Part shown: positions 37,757 to 48,599 of the stretch, one piece after another
Layout of the letters: every line of letters begins with the position of its first letter
How positions within the stretch are numbered: position 1 is the stretch's first letter
From: Wickerhamiella versatilis
Lineage: Eukaryota
Assembly: GCA_030867685.1 (NCBI GenBank)
Contig: JAQOWU010000008.1
Coordinates: forward strand, 620,001 to 684,000
Length of the DNA: 64,000 nucleotides
Direction of reading: 5' to 3'
Program-made: the position numbers and the translations under genes
Notes under the pieces: generated by a model
Database searches by the model: none
What the model was told of the DNA's origin: nothing
What the model saw: only the letters and a program-made list of their open reading frames with translations

Positions 37757-39382
37757 ATGGAGAATGATACCCCTGGATCTCGAAGGAGTTCGGAGCTAAG
37801 CATACTGAAAGATATTCCTTATGGACTTCTGGGAATGAATACTAAAACCCTGAACTTTGCGGATAATGGAACGGAAATAATCTTACCTGCCACCCTCCCC
37901 CCTCCTTTAGCAACTTTTCTTCATCAACTATGTGAGCCTGCGATGCTTTATCGGACTATAATCGATATACTGCAGGCCACTCCACAAGGTAAACTTCAAC
38001 AGGCCCTTTTCAATTGTGTGACAGATCAACTCTCCGACTACCAAGTATTGGTTGGCGAAATCGAGAGTCGTATTAGACAAGGAGGTCCCGCATCCACACT
38101 GCCCACAGTCGCAGCACTAACTTCGGGACCGACGGTTGGACTCCGTGTACTATATCGCCTTCTCGCCGACGTAAGAGAAAGACCACTTGTTGGTGGACCT
38201 ATACTTAGTCTGCTATATCAGTATACATACAGCGGTGATCCACTGGTGTCAAATTGTAGTAAAGAGCTTGTTGACTGCGTACAGCAACCATTTAATCTTA
38301 TGCTTCTACAATGGACGGGTACTGGGAGTTTTGATGACCCGCATGGTGAATTCTTTGTTGAGCTCACTAACAAGCTTTCGAAGTGGGAGAATCGGTTCTC
38401 ATTGGATGAGGACAAGGCACCTATATTCATGCCTGAAAGCATGCTTCGAAACGTATTTGAGGCGGGAAAAGCCGTATACTTTGTTAGGGAGCTCTGTGGA
38501 GAACACGATTTCGAATTGACTACAGACATATCGGGGATCGATACAGCGTTTAACACGGCCATGAAGAGAGCAACCTCACTTTTGAATACTAAGTATCATC
38601 TGCAAGAGCATTTACGTGGTCTCAAAACTTACATGCTGCTTGAAGATGAATCATTCGTCAGATGTTTTATTTCTGAGGCAACTGATATCTTGAAGCAGCC
38701 AAGGTCCAGTCTATTAAGGCAGCAAATCATTACACCTTTGGAGACTGCACTGGGGTTTTTTGAGGATGGCATTGCTAATCAAGTTGATGCTTTCTTCATC
38801 GACGCCCCCAATGCATCAGTGTGGGAATGTTTCTCACTCTCGTATCGAATTTTGCCACCATTGGATGTACTTATTGCTAAAGACTCTATCCGACTGTATC
38901 TTAAAACATTTCACGCTCTTTGGCATCTTCGATGGTGTTCCTACTGGTTGAACGATGCATGGAAAGTGATGAGAGGGATGGAGGTGCCTCGAACACTAAG
39001 GTTCCCTCTAGAGGAGCTTCGACATTATATGGCCTTTGTTGTTGATACAATTTTATCCTGGGCGTATACGGAAGTGATTGGCTCGGCGTGGAATACTCTT
39101 ATTGAAAAACTGTCCAACGAGCTCCTAACAATAGACGAAATTTGCAGTGCACACAAAATATATATTAAAAGCATCCACTCGAAGATCTGTGGTGGTCTTT
39201 CCAAACTTTTGTCATTACTCAAGTCGTGTCAGAACCTCTGTGATATTATTGAAAATCCAGTTGACGATTCAGAGGTACTGCTGGAGCACATAAGGTCGCT
39301 CCGCCAGACGTTTGCTGATGACATCGAGGGTGTGATTTCAAGTTCACAGGACAGTGATCTGGCCATAAGATTTCACAGGTAG
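37757..39382 (+). CDS. SPC98: Gamma-tubulin complex component GCP3-like (N-terminally short)
   Basis: SELSILKDIPY.L.G, LHQLCEPAMLY, GGPILSLL..Y..SGDP, W...G...DPHGEFFV, HL.GLK.YMLL, Y....PLDVL; GRIP1 and GRIP2 only. Confidence 0.8.
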   Translation: MENDTPGSRRSSELSILKDIPYGLLGMNTKTLNFADNGTEIILPATLPPPLATFLHQLCEPAMLYRTIIDILQATPQGKLQQALFNCVTDQLSDYQVLVGEIESRIRQGGPASTLPTVAALTSGPTVGLRVLYRLLADVRERPLVGGPILSLLYQYTYSGDPLVSNCSKELVDCVQQPFNLMLLQWTGTGSFDDPHGEFFVELTNKLSKWENRFSLDEDKAPIFMPESMLRNVFEAGKAVYFVRELCGEHDFELTTDISGIDTAFNTAMKRATSLLNTKYHLQEHLRGLKTYMLLEDESFVRCFISEATDILKQPRSSLLRQQIITPLETALGFFEDGIANQVDAFFIDAPNASVWECFSLSYRILPPLDVLIAKDSIRLYLKTFHALWHLRWCSYWLNDAWKVMRGMEVPRTLRFPLEELRHYMAFVVDTILSWAYTEVIGSAWNTLIEKLSNELLTIDEICSAHKIYIKSIHSKICGGLSKLLSLLKSCQNLCDIIENPVDDSEVLLEHIRSLRQTFADDIEGVISSSQDSDLAIRFHR

Positions 39383-39505
39383 TTACAAAAATTAATTTAT
39401 TTACATTATGCTAAGAATACATTTGTAGGCATGCTACAAGTACAACGTCATAGAACCCTACATCATGATATTCAATCTGAATATGTGTTTTGGAGCACAG
39501 AATCC

Positions 39506-40426
39506 CTAGGCCTTCTTCTTCTCTTGCTCCTTCTGTTTCTTTGCCTCGTAGGCCTCAATCCGCATTATTCGGTTCTTTTCAATGTAGGCCTCCGTTTGTT
39601 CATATTTCGAGCCTAACAATACGTCCCAGTGGACGAAAAAAGGTTGCGCAAAATTGGTCTTGATACCAAAATGTTGATGGTGAATGTCATGGTATGTTGC
39701 GCGATTAGGGAATATTATCTGAAGGGGATCCCACGGAAATTCGTACCCGCAATGATCGTCGACTGTCTTCAAGGTACTGAACGTATACAAAATCATGTTT
39801 TCACGCGTGGAGCATCCCGTCGCGATACTTGCCAGGAACGTACCCAAAGTATCAAGAGCGAACCCCTCAATTATCGAATTATAGAGAGCACCGAAGGCAT
39901 ACGGAACATAGAGGCGATGATGAACACTGTGAAAATTACGGTATGCCCACTTATTCTGATGCATGAAGCGATGCAAGAAGTACTGCCAGGAGTCAATGAG
40001 GAAAAATGCAAAGATCAGTCGAGCAGCAGGGAAGATCCAATAATAACAAGTCTCTGCTATAAATTGGGTTGTGTTGAGATTTTTCTGGATCTTCCAAACG
40101 TCGAAAGCTTCGTATCCTGTCATCTCGGGAGGATCAAACCTTTCCACCAACAAGCCCATCAACGTCTGAATAGAATGCTGCAGCATAACCGCACGAACAA
40201 CCTCGCCAACACTACATTTATTGCGTGACTCTAATTCCTTGGGCGTATGAATTCTGTATTTCTCTGCCAGCTCCCACACATCAAGGGCATGGAAAATTAG
40301 TGAAACTGACCAGTACATGACAACTGGGAGGAGCAGGGCCAAATGGCTATCGCTAATCCAGCTTAGCAGCGGTTCTCGCAGCTCCATTGTGATCTCTGGA
40401 GCACCTTGGGGCACCGTAGCATTCAT
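39506..40426 (-). CDS. SUR2: Sphinganine C4-hydroxylase
   Basis: YWSVSLIFH, His boxes HRFMH, HSVHH, DDHCGY, HDIHH; KTNFAQPFF. Confidence 0.96.
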   Translation of the reverse strand: MNATVPQGAPEITMELREPLLSWISDSHLALLLPVVMYWSVSLIFHALDVWELAEKYRIHTPKELESRNKCSVGEVVRAVMLQHSIQTLMGLLVERFDPPEMTGYEAFDVWKIQKNLNTTQFIAETCYYWIFPAARLIFAFFLIDSWQYFLHRFMHQNKWAYRNFHSVHHRLYVPYAFGALYNSIIEGFALDTLGTFLASIATGCSTRENMILYTFSTLKTVDDHCGYEFPWDPLQIIFPNRATYHDIHHQHFGIKTNFAQPFFVHWDVLLGSKYEQTEAYIEKNRIMRIEAYEAKKQKEQEKKKA

Positions 40427-41258
40427 TTTGGGTGTGGCGTTATAGGTGTCGGCCTTATTTTTAAAGATTGGATATTAGGTGAAGAGCGCGCGAGGAGCTG
40501 GGAATCCTCGTAACCCTCCCTAACCCCATTAGTACGACCGCATAATGGGCCGTAAATGCCTAAAAAAGGGCTGGTAGATACATATAATAGACTGGAAATA
40601 CGTAAAAAAAATTTGTTACGTGAAAAGATACAGTAGAAAATACAATCTCCCCATCTCGATAACATTGGAGGACGCATTCCTCGCTTAAAGCTCGCTTACG
40701 CGAATCCGTGAACGACAGACAAGAGGCGGCTCTACAAAATACCTAGAGAAAATATACGAAGATATTACGACCCTGCCGTAAAATTGCAAGATCCTTCCCA
40801 AATCCTAAAGTGGCAATGTGCTCATCTTTCGGTTGTTTTCCGTTTATTCGCTTCACGTGATTAGATTACATCATAAGCACAGTCTAGAACCTATGTAACC
40901 ATACTCTCGTTATAAAACCATGTGGTACAGAATATGATGGTTTAGCCAGGGGGAGTAGCTTCACTCGTATCTGAAGTATGAGTGTAATCTTTTGGTTTAC
41001 ATTACACGAAATGCATAAATTTTCTTTGACCACGGTATATTTATAGGTACACAGGACGGTTTAGTTGCTATTTTGATGGCTGCGGCAAGTAGCCGTTTCT
41101 CTATGCCAAAAAGTAGTCGACCGTATTCTTATTGAATAAGATTAATAGATCACACCTAATCTGACCGTTATACAGCGTAAAGTTGTGATATGACTAGGGG
41201 CAAGGGGAGGTGGCGCTTGACATCTTACTACTCCGCGTACCTCATCATACGTACCAAC

Positions 41259-42050
41259 ATGGCTACTACCCACGACGACTACACGTACCTGGCCAAGCTA
41301 GCAGAGCATGCTGATCGCCATGACGATATGGTGGATTGCATGAAGAAGGTTATAGAGCTCAGCAAGGAGCTTACTGTTGAGGAGCGTAACTTGCTGTCGA
41401 TAGCATATAAGAATGTTGTTGGCGCGCGCCGTGCATCGTGGCGTATTGTTGCCTCTATTGAGCAACGTGAAGAGTCCAAAGAAAATGCACCTCATGTAGC
41501 CCTGATTAAGGAGTACCGCCGTAAGATCGAGAAGGAGCTCACAGATGCCTGCAACGATATTTTGCGGCTGCTGGATGAGTACCTCATTCCGGCCGCTACC
41601 TCTGGTGAGTTCAAGGTGTTCTACTATAAGCTTAAGGGTGACTACTTCCGCTACCTTGCTGAAATCACCGGAAGTGAGGAACGCGACCGCACTTCTAATG
41701 AGGCCCTGCAGGCGTACTCTGTGGCGTCTGACATCGCGAGTTCTGAGCTCAGCCCAACACATTCCTTGCGCATTGGTTTGGCTCTCAACTTCAGTGTCTT
41801 CTACTACGAAATTCTCAACAACCCAGAGAGGGCCTGCAAGCTCGCCCGGGAGGCATTCGATCAAGCCATCGGTATTCTCAAGGTTAAGGCAGATGACCTC
41901 AGTGAAGAATCCTACCGTGAATCCCTGCTCATCATGAACCTACTCAAGGATAACCTGACGCTCTGGACAGGTGATGTTGCAGATGCCGCACCATCTGGTG
42001 AAGCAGCAGCGGGCGGTGAAGAAGCTGCTCCAGAAGATCCCAAGGATTAA
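41259..42050 (+). CDS. 14-3-3 protein (divergent)
   Basis: [41 protein letters not shown]-like [22 protein letters not shown] at 41259. Confidence 0.95.
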   Translation: MATTHDDYTYLAKLAEHADRHDDMVDCMKKVIELSKELTVEERNLLSIAYKNVVGARRASWRIVASIEQREESKENAPHVALIKEYRRKIEKELTDACNDILRLLDEYLIPAATSGEFKVFYYKLKGDYFRYLAEITGSEERDRTSNEALQAYSVASDIASSELSPTHSLRIGLALNFSVFYYEILNNPERACKLAREAFDQAIGILKVKADDLSEESYRESLLIMNLLKDNLTLWTGDVADAAPSGEAAAGGEEAAPEDPKD

Positions 42051-42316
42051 AGCAAATTACTGTAGCAGATTAGAAGTGCACTTAGCGATATAAGAAGACG
42101 TATCTCCGAAGTATAAGATCCAGCACGCTTTGGTAGGGGGATATGAATCTACTATTCTATCATTTCCCATGTTGTTTGTTTTTGCAGCATCAGAATCCTG
42201 GATTTCAAGATAGGTTCTATAGCGATATGAATCTATACATAGACTTTTTTTTACGATGACCCATTATGTACTAGATTTGCGTGGTTCTCTTTTCGCCAAA
42301 CTATGAGCACTGTAGT

Positions 42317-43603
42317 TCAGTGCTCCGCTTTGGGAGCTTGAGGGAGCTGTTCCACACATGTTTTGATAACCTCGATGGACTTATCCAAGTCTTGTTCTGA
42401 GATAACAAGCGGGGGCGCCAGCCGGATGATCGTATCATGAGTAGGCTTGGCAAGCACGCCGTGGTTCTTCATCAACAGGCACAGGTCCCAAGCACTGCGT
42501 CCATTTGTTTTACTGTAATCAACTTGGATAGCGTTAAGCAGCCCCTTTCCGCGCACGGCACTTATAGCCCCCGTCTTCAGAAGAGGTGCAAGTCCATCGC
42601 GGAACCGTTGACCCAGCTTCTCAGCTCTATCAACAAGGTTTTCGTCCTTAACTACTTGTAGCGCAGCAATGGCAGCAGCGCAACCAAGCGGGTTTCCACC
42701 ATAGGTCGAACCATGGGTGCCTGTCTCAAAAGTAAGTAGAACATCTCTTGACGACAGAACGGCCGAAACCGGAGTGACACCTCCGCTCAAGGCCTTGCCG
42801 AGCAAAACAACATCAGGCTTCACGCCATAGTGTTCAACACAAAGCATCTTTCCTGTTCGGGCAATACCTGTTTGGATTTCATCGGCAATAAGAAGAACGT
42901 TATGCTTCTTGCAGAGTGCGGAAACCTTCGAGAAATAATCCTCATCTGGGACAATAATACCAGCTTCACCCTGGATTGGTTCTAAAATTATAGCTGCCAC
43001 TTTATCTCCACACTTGTTCAGCGCTTTTTCGATATCTCCAACGTTGTTGTATCGTAGGGGCTCGTTGGTGCCCGGAATAAGTGAGGTTGCACCTTCAATA
43101 TAGGGTCCAAAGTGTCCTCGGGCTTCTGGGTCACTTGACATGGAGACTATAGCCAAGGTGCGACCATGGAAATTGTCGCTAGCTGCCAAAACGATGGCAT
43201 CATTTTCAGGGATGCCCTTATGTTTGTAGCCCCATTTACGAGCCAACTTAAGAGCTGTTTCCACAGCCTCTGCTCCCGTATTCATAGGAAGTAACATTTC
43301 ATACCCGAAGTAATCGCACACAAACTTCGAGTACGGCCCGAAAATGTCGCTGTAAAAAGCCCTCGAGCAGAGTGTCAACCGCTGTGCTTGATCTATCAGG
43401 GCTTGCACAATTTTCGGATGACAGTGGCCCTGGTTCACTGCACTATAAGCGCTGAGGAAGTCAAGGTATTCATGGCCCTCAGGATCCCAGACCTTTGCCC
43501 CTTGGCCCTTAGCAATAATCACCGGCAACGGATGATAGTTATGTGCAGAATACTCATTTTCCAGCTTCACAGCTTCGGCAGACGAGACGTTAAATTCCGA
43601 CAT
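42317..43603 (-). CDS. CAR2: Ornithine aminotransferase
   Basis: [41 protein letters not shown] lysine [17 protein letters not shown]. Confidence 0.98.
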   Translation of the reverse strand: MSEFNVSSAEAVKLENEYSAHNYHPLPVIIAKGQGAKVWDPEGHEYLDFLSAYSAVNQGHCHPKIVQALIDQAQRLTLCSRAFYSDIFGPYSKFVCDYFGYEMLLPMNTGAEAVETALKLARKWGYKHKGIPENDAIVLAASDNFHGRTLAIVSMSSDPEARGHFGPYIEGATSLIPGTNEPLRYNNVGDIEKALNKCGDKVAAIILEPIQGEAGIIVPDEDYFSKVSALCKKHNVLLIADEIQTGIARTGKMLCVEHYGVKPDVVLLGKALSGGVTPVSAVLSSRDVLLTFETGTHGSTYGGNPLGCAAAIAALQVVKDENLVDRAEKLGQRFRDGLAPLLKTGAISAVRGKGLLNAIQVDYSKTNGRSAWDLCLLMKNHGVLAKPTHDTIIRLAPPLVISEQDLDKSIEVIKTCVEQLPQAPKAEH

Positions 43604-44044
43604 GATGTAATGTTAAAAAGACACGTTTGCTTTTTTTTGCCTACACCCTTAAGTGAAGCTTAGCGCGGTCGGCACGTACCCTAAGTGCAGGTGGAGCCGA
43701 AAGTGGTTAGGGCTCAAATTAATTAAAATTGCTTTACCTTTCAATATTTGAACTAAATATTTGACCATAGTACTAATTCTTGCAGTTGCACCTCTTTAGT
43801 GAGCTATACTTCATAAAATAGACCATATCTGTCTCGTATGTTTCAAGAATAGTAGCCAGTGCAAAAAATTGCTACCCCTTCCCCGCAATAGGAGTGTTCT
43901 TTTTACTACGGCTTAGCGTGCTCGTAATACTCGTTGAAGGAAGTAAATTTTCTCATAGCGAGCTTTACAAACCAGTTTTTGAGCGAAGTCCTTATGATGC
44001 GATAGGCATCTCGCCGTGCGAATGAGTAACCAAAGTTATCTTTG

Positions 44045-44503
44045 ATGCATTCCAAGCGGCAGACTCTCAATCCACCAGCTGCCCCAGCATCAAATTCTGG
44101 GCCAGCTTTGGACCCATATCTTTATCAACAGCTGGCCACGGTAGGTCGTCGAGCTCGTAAACATGTTAGTGACGGCCATCAGACACAAGGAACCTCCATT
44201 CCCTCCTATCAGGGTGATACCGTAGGGTCCCTCAATCCAAGCGCAATAAAAATGCAAGTTGCTAATGCAAGGCCATTTCATACTACGGATGAGACTTACT
44301 CGAGACTTAAACGTGATCGCAATGCACTTGACGCAGATGACGGTGGAGATACTGATGAAGACGAGCCTATGGACGATCTACCAAATAAGCCAACAAGTTT
44401 TTCTGACCTCAAGGCATTCTATATTCCAGGTGGCCATCGTTCGCATTCGCAGCCTACAGATGACTTTGAAGAAGCAGCTTTTCTGCAGCCACCCCCTCCA
44501 TGA
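44045..44503 (+). CDS. Ribonucleotide reductase inhibitor (Dif1/Spd1/Sml1 family)
   Basis: Hug-like LATVGRRARKHVSDG and C-terminal DDFEEAAFL; next to CAR2, as DIF1 is in S. cerevisiae. Confidence 0.75.
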   Translation: MHSKRQTLNPPAAPASNSGPALDPYLYQQLATVGRRARKHVSDGHQTQGTSIPSYQGDTVGSLNPSAIKMQVANARPFHTTDETYSRLKRDRNALDADDGGDTDEDEPMDDLPNKPTSFSDLKAFYIPGGHRSHSQPTDDFEEAAFLQPPPP

Positions 44504-44657
44504 TATGAAGCAGCCCTCAAATAGAGGGTAAATAAGGGCATGAGGCATGAGACATGAGAAATAAATTAGTCTAGACATATAGGCTGTTGAGAGACATATG
44601 ATGAAGACATATCTTATACATAAAACCCTGAAAGTATATATAGGGTGACTTATAGTT

Positions 44658-47600
44658 TTAGATTGTTGAGGCTATGTTCTTTTCAGCCTGATCAATAGTA
44701 GAAGTTACCTCCTCCGATAAAACATCTTGCTCATGGTCAGTTAGTTCCTTCCGTATAGCTAAGACTGAATCCACGATAACGGCGTCTACCCCCGCTTTCA
44801 GCTGGCGTCTTGCATTTTCGGGCACATTATTTTCAGCGCCATAGGTAAAACAAACAAGACCACTCTCTTTTACAACACGAACTAGCCGCGGGCAGTCAAT
44901 CAAAGGAGTAGCTGCTGAAACAATACCTAACAGGTTCCAACGTTTCGCAAAACGAATAGCTTCCTGCAAGGAAGAGGCTCGAACATCGTGCATGGCTGTT
45001 GTTCCCGACTCTGTCAAAAACAGAACGGGAATTGATGGTTGTTTGAGAGAGAGCATAATACACAAATCTGGATTGAAGCTAGATAGGATGATATCACGAT
45101 CGTCCTTGAGATCGTAGATTGTTTTCAAAACAGTATCAACCCAATAATTTAGATCGGGTGCCAGACAATCCATAAATTCACTCTCTGCTTCATCAAGCAT
45201 GGGGTACTTGCATTCAATATTGAAACCCAGTCCTCTAGGCAATGTTTTAAAGAGCTCAGCGAGAGTGGCAAATTGTGACTGGATATGCATTCCAGGAACA
45301 TTACCTTTGTATCCCTGTCGCTGGAAGTCACGAGTAAACTTCATACGCTCCACCGCATCGTTTAATGAACTATTGTCAACCTTTGTGTGCAGGCTCTTGC
45401 TTCGCTTGTCTGAGGCAGATTCCACAGGTTCTTGGATAGAGCTGGCATGTGTGGCATCTTTACGAGAATCTATGGATCTCCCTCTTACTGGTCGATGAAT
45501 ATTCATGAACTGATCCAAAGTCATACTGTGCATAGCTAGGTCGAATCCACTATCACCTACCAAGAAATCATGGTAAATTACCGGTACCCCGTCACGGGTT
45601 AACTGTACGTCAAATTCAACATAGCTCGCCCCAAGATTAGCTGCTTGAATGAAGGACTCAACAGTGTTTTCACCCAGCTGTAGTGAAGTCTTTGATAGGG
45701 TGTTCTTACCCAACCCACGATGGCCTATCACTCGACTTGTAATAAGAGAGCGCCAATAGGTTGACTTGTTCTTAATTCCCATATTCAGATTTTCAAAAGG
45801 ATGCACAACAAGTACCTCATATGTTACTGATCCCAAACAACGTAGTGAGCCCGACTCTAGCAGTGGAACGTTCGCTCGTTTGTCAAGATTAATCAACCTG
45901 GGCCCTGTTTCCTTACTATATTCAGATAAATTTGCAATACCTCTCCCTAAAACTGGCTTCTTGGCGCTATATGTCGGGATTAAGTCGAAAAATATCTGCA
46001 CATCTTCCGGCTTTTTCGTGTAAAACGCAACAGGCTCCGTAGCAAGGCCCAGTTCTGTTATGGGCAAATCTACTATAAATGGCTCCCCGCGGCAGCCTGT
46101 AGCATGTAATTTGAGACTCAATGTCGTATCCAGCTGGGTCTTTCCCGCCTCAGATACTGGCACAGAGCTGAGACATACTGGCGAGTCATTGTATCTCAAA
46201 TCTCGGGACCCTATAGTTATCAAGACCAATGATTCTTCTGTGTTCTCAAGATAACGGTGTCCAAATGTTTTGATAGGCTCAGGACTGACTTCCGACTTAC
46301 GTCTACGCGTTAGGGCCTCACTAGAGCTAAATCCATCATTGGCAGGCAAGGGCCCGAGGGGGAATAGTCGACTGAGCTCAATATGGCCACGAAGTGCAGC
46401 ATGCTCCTTGGCGGTCCAGCCACTGATATCAGTACTATTAATATTGGCTCCTGCCTCTATAAGCAACTTCGCTATTTCATAGCTTCCATCCACTGCAGCT
46501 AAAAAGAGGGGGGTCCAATTGAATAAATTTTCAGGAATTTCCAAAGAAGCATGGTGCTTCAAAAGCACACGGACACAATCTGTATGGCCATACTTAGAGG
46601 CAATATGCAGACTGGTCTCACCTGAATCAGGATTCCGTGTATCGACATCTGCACCTTTCGATAATAGTACAGTTATTATATTTGGGTTGTCAAGCCGTGA
46701 TGCTATAAGCAAAAGTTGCGTTTCCCCTAGATTCGTATGTCTTTCAAGCAGAAATTCTAAGGTGAGAGGCTGGTCATGAGTCACAGCTAAATCAACAGCA
46801 GTTTGGCCCTCTACGTCTTTCCACATCAGTGTATCAGTATTAGTAGCATTCATCAATAGCTTCGTAGTCTGCGCAAGACCATAGCGTGCAGCATAATGCA
46901 ATGGAGTTCTAAGTAGTTGATCAGGGGAGGTCAGCATTGACTGTATAAGTCCATCCGGGAGCGCATCAAAAAGTATATTTAAACAGTGAGCAATATCACT
47001 GTCTTTTGTGCCAGGTTTCTGTGGTAAAGCGTCTGACTTAGGTTCGGTTCCCGGGATGATAGTGGAAGGTGTGGCTCCACCCCCACGCCCTTCAATGATG
47101 ATTGCCCTATGAACCACGTTACGGCTATTAAAGTCGGAAGAGTTACTAGGAGGCTCACAGTAATGAAGAAGCACAGCGATACAATCTACGGCGTGAGCAT
47201 TACCAATGGCACGAACCAGGAGGTTGAATAAGGTTGGCTGTGGAAAAGCGCGTGCCTTCAAAGCATTTCTTAATCCATCACTATCGTTATCATCAACCAG
47301 CTTGCGAATAGCTTCAGTCTCACTATTGCTATCAGAATTTGAGTTCAACGATGAAGTGGAACCACGGTGGGGCCGTAATTTGCCATTTACAAGTCCATCG
47401 AGAAGATCATCAGTACCATCTTGAGTATCTCCATCCATAGGGATAAGCTCAGATAAATACTCACTCACCCGTTGGATACTCTCATTTAGCGACAGAACGT
47501 TCGTGAACCCTAATATCAGAATTTTAGAGCTAAGATAACGCATCTGAGCCTGTGTACCCACCTTCTTATCGAATTTCTTGAGTATTTTCACGAAACCCCT

Positions 47601-47948
47601 TTTATTTACTTCCGCATACCACTGTAACTTGCGGAGCTGGGCTCGTAATTCAAGCAGTACACCAATCAATTCATCCAACTCTTCAGCATCATAATGACGC
47701 CGCCGACTTTCAATATGTCGCATTCGGCGCGACAAATCAGATAACTTAGCAACGTAGAAGCTCTCAACCATCTCAGCGTTCCGATCCACTGCATAGAAAA
47801 ATGGCGCGGTAACCGTGTCGTCAACAGAACCTTCTGCAACTGCCTGTTCGCTGGCTTGTTTAATCAATTTCTTGAGCGACTTGTAATCAATATACCATTG
47901 AGTCCACTCAGGAACTTGGTTGCGCATCAGACTTTTAGCGAACTTCAT
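44658..47948 (-). CDS. GDE1: Glycerophosphocholine phosphodiesterase (SPX + ankyrin + GDPD)
   Basis: SPX MKFAK...YIDYKSLKKLIK...KILKKFDK; ankyrin repeats; VIGHRGLG, VEFDVQLT, FNIECKYP. Confidence 0.96.
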   Translation of the reverse strand: MKFAKSLMRNQVPEWTQWYIDYKSLKKLIKQASEQAVAEGSVDDTVTAPFFYAVDRNAEMVESFYVAKLSDLSRRMRHIESRRRHYDAEELDELIGVLLELRAQLRKLQWYAEVNKRGFVKILKKFDKKVGTQAQMRYLSSKILILGFTNVLSLNESIQRVSEYLSELIPMDGDTQDGTDDLLDGLVNGKLRPHRGSTSSLNSNSDSNSETEAIRKLVDDNDSDGLRNALKARAFPQPTLFNLLVRAIGNAHAVDCIAVLLHYCEPPSNSSDFNSRNVVHRAIIIEGRGGGATPSTIIPGTEPKSDALPQKPGTKDSDIAHCLNILFDALPDGLIQSMLTSPDQLLRTPLHYAARYGLAQTTKLLMNATNTDTLMWKDVEGQTAVDLAVTHDQPLTLEFLLERHTNLGETQLLLIASRLDNPNIITVLLSKGADVDTRNPDSGETSLHIASKYGHTDCVRVLLKHHASLEIPENLFNWTPLFLAAVDGSYEIAKLLIEAGANINSTDISGWTAKEHAALRGHIELSRLFPLGPLPANDGFSSSEALTRRRKSEVSPEPIKTFGHRYLENTEESLVLITIGSRDLRYNDSPVCLSSVPVSEAGKTQLDTTLSLKLHATGCRGEPFIVDLPITELGLATEPVAFYTKKPEDVQIFFDLIPTYSAKKPVLGRGIANLSEYSKETGPRLINLDKRANVPLLESGSLRCLGSVTYEVLVVHPFENLNMGIKNKSTYWRSLITSRVIGHRGLGKNTLSKTSLQLGENTVESFIQAANLGASYVEFDVQLTRDGVPVIYHDFLVGDSGFDLAMHSMTLDQFMNIHRPVRGRSIDSRKDATHASSIQEPVESASDKRSKSLHTKVDNSSLNDAVERMKFTRDFQRQGYKGNVPGMHIQSQFATLAELFKTLPRGLGFNIECKYPMLDEAESEFMDCLAPDLNYWVDTVLKTIYDLKDDRDIILSSFNPDLCIMLSLKQPSIPVLFLTESGTTAMHDVRASSLQEAIRFAKRWNLLGIVSAATPLIDCPRLVRVVKESGLVCFTYGAENNVPENARRQLKAGVDAVIVDSVLAIRKELTDHEQDVLSEEVTSTIDQAEKNIASTI

Positions 47949-48143
47949 TCTGGACAAGTGGAGCCACCTTCTGCTGCACAATACAACTCGTAGTGTTACT
48001 AACTCTTTACAAAACTAAGTCTTAAAAGAAGTAGAACATGATTCTAACTAGATACTAAGAATTAGGACGAGAAAATCAACCTTTATATTTCTAGAGAAAC
48101 AATTCAGATGTAAATATGTACTTTCTCAGTAGTATAGAAATGG

Positions 48144-48171
48144 CACGTGTTTATCTTTAGTCAGACACGTG
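48144..48171. promoter_or_regulatory. Two Pho4-type CACGTG sites in the GDE1 promoter
   Basis: GGCACGTGTT (core 48144-48149) and ACACGTGGG (core 48166-48171), about 200 bp upstream; they lack the 5' T typical of Cbf1 sites; GDE1 is a PHO-regulon gene in S. cerevisiae. Confidence 0.6.
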
Positions 48172-48599
48172 GGTCCCTTAATGCCGGGTTTATATTTACT
48201 TTTCTAAATCTTTGACCAGATAATTTTGTAACAAACTTTCATATGCCTGAGTTCTGGAAAATACCCCTTGAGAAAGTTGTGCAAATGCTTCTATAAAATG
48301 GGTGGTTAATTAGTTATAGGGGCTTGCAGCCCAAAGTAGAAGGGAGAAAAATAAGTGCATGAGAGCTACAAAAGCTATCATGTATAGTTTTTTTGTATAT
48401 AATAGAATCGTTCTTTAACTATGTTTCCTTATTACTTGATTCAATAGCCATACTGTTTAATCTAATTCTATCTGAATTGACTCTATCCCTAATCAAATGT
48501 ACAAATTCTTTCTGTAATTGGGACAAATTTAGCACATCAGGGTTTCATCGCCATCGCCTGTGTCTAGTTTTTTCGTGCAATTCTGCTATTATTGTCCAA

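Noticed and set aside
44540-44631. Short repeats (CATGAG x3, AGACATAT x3) and ATGATGA...CTGA
   Set aside because: C-to-D distance (~35 nt) is too short for a snoRNA; looks like low-complexity terminator sequence.
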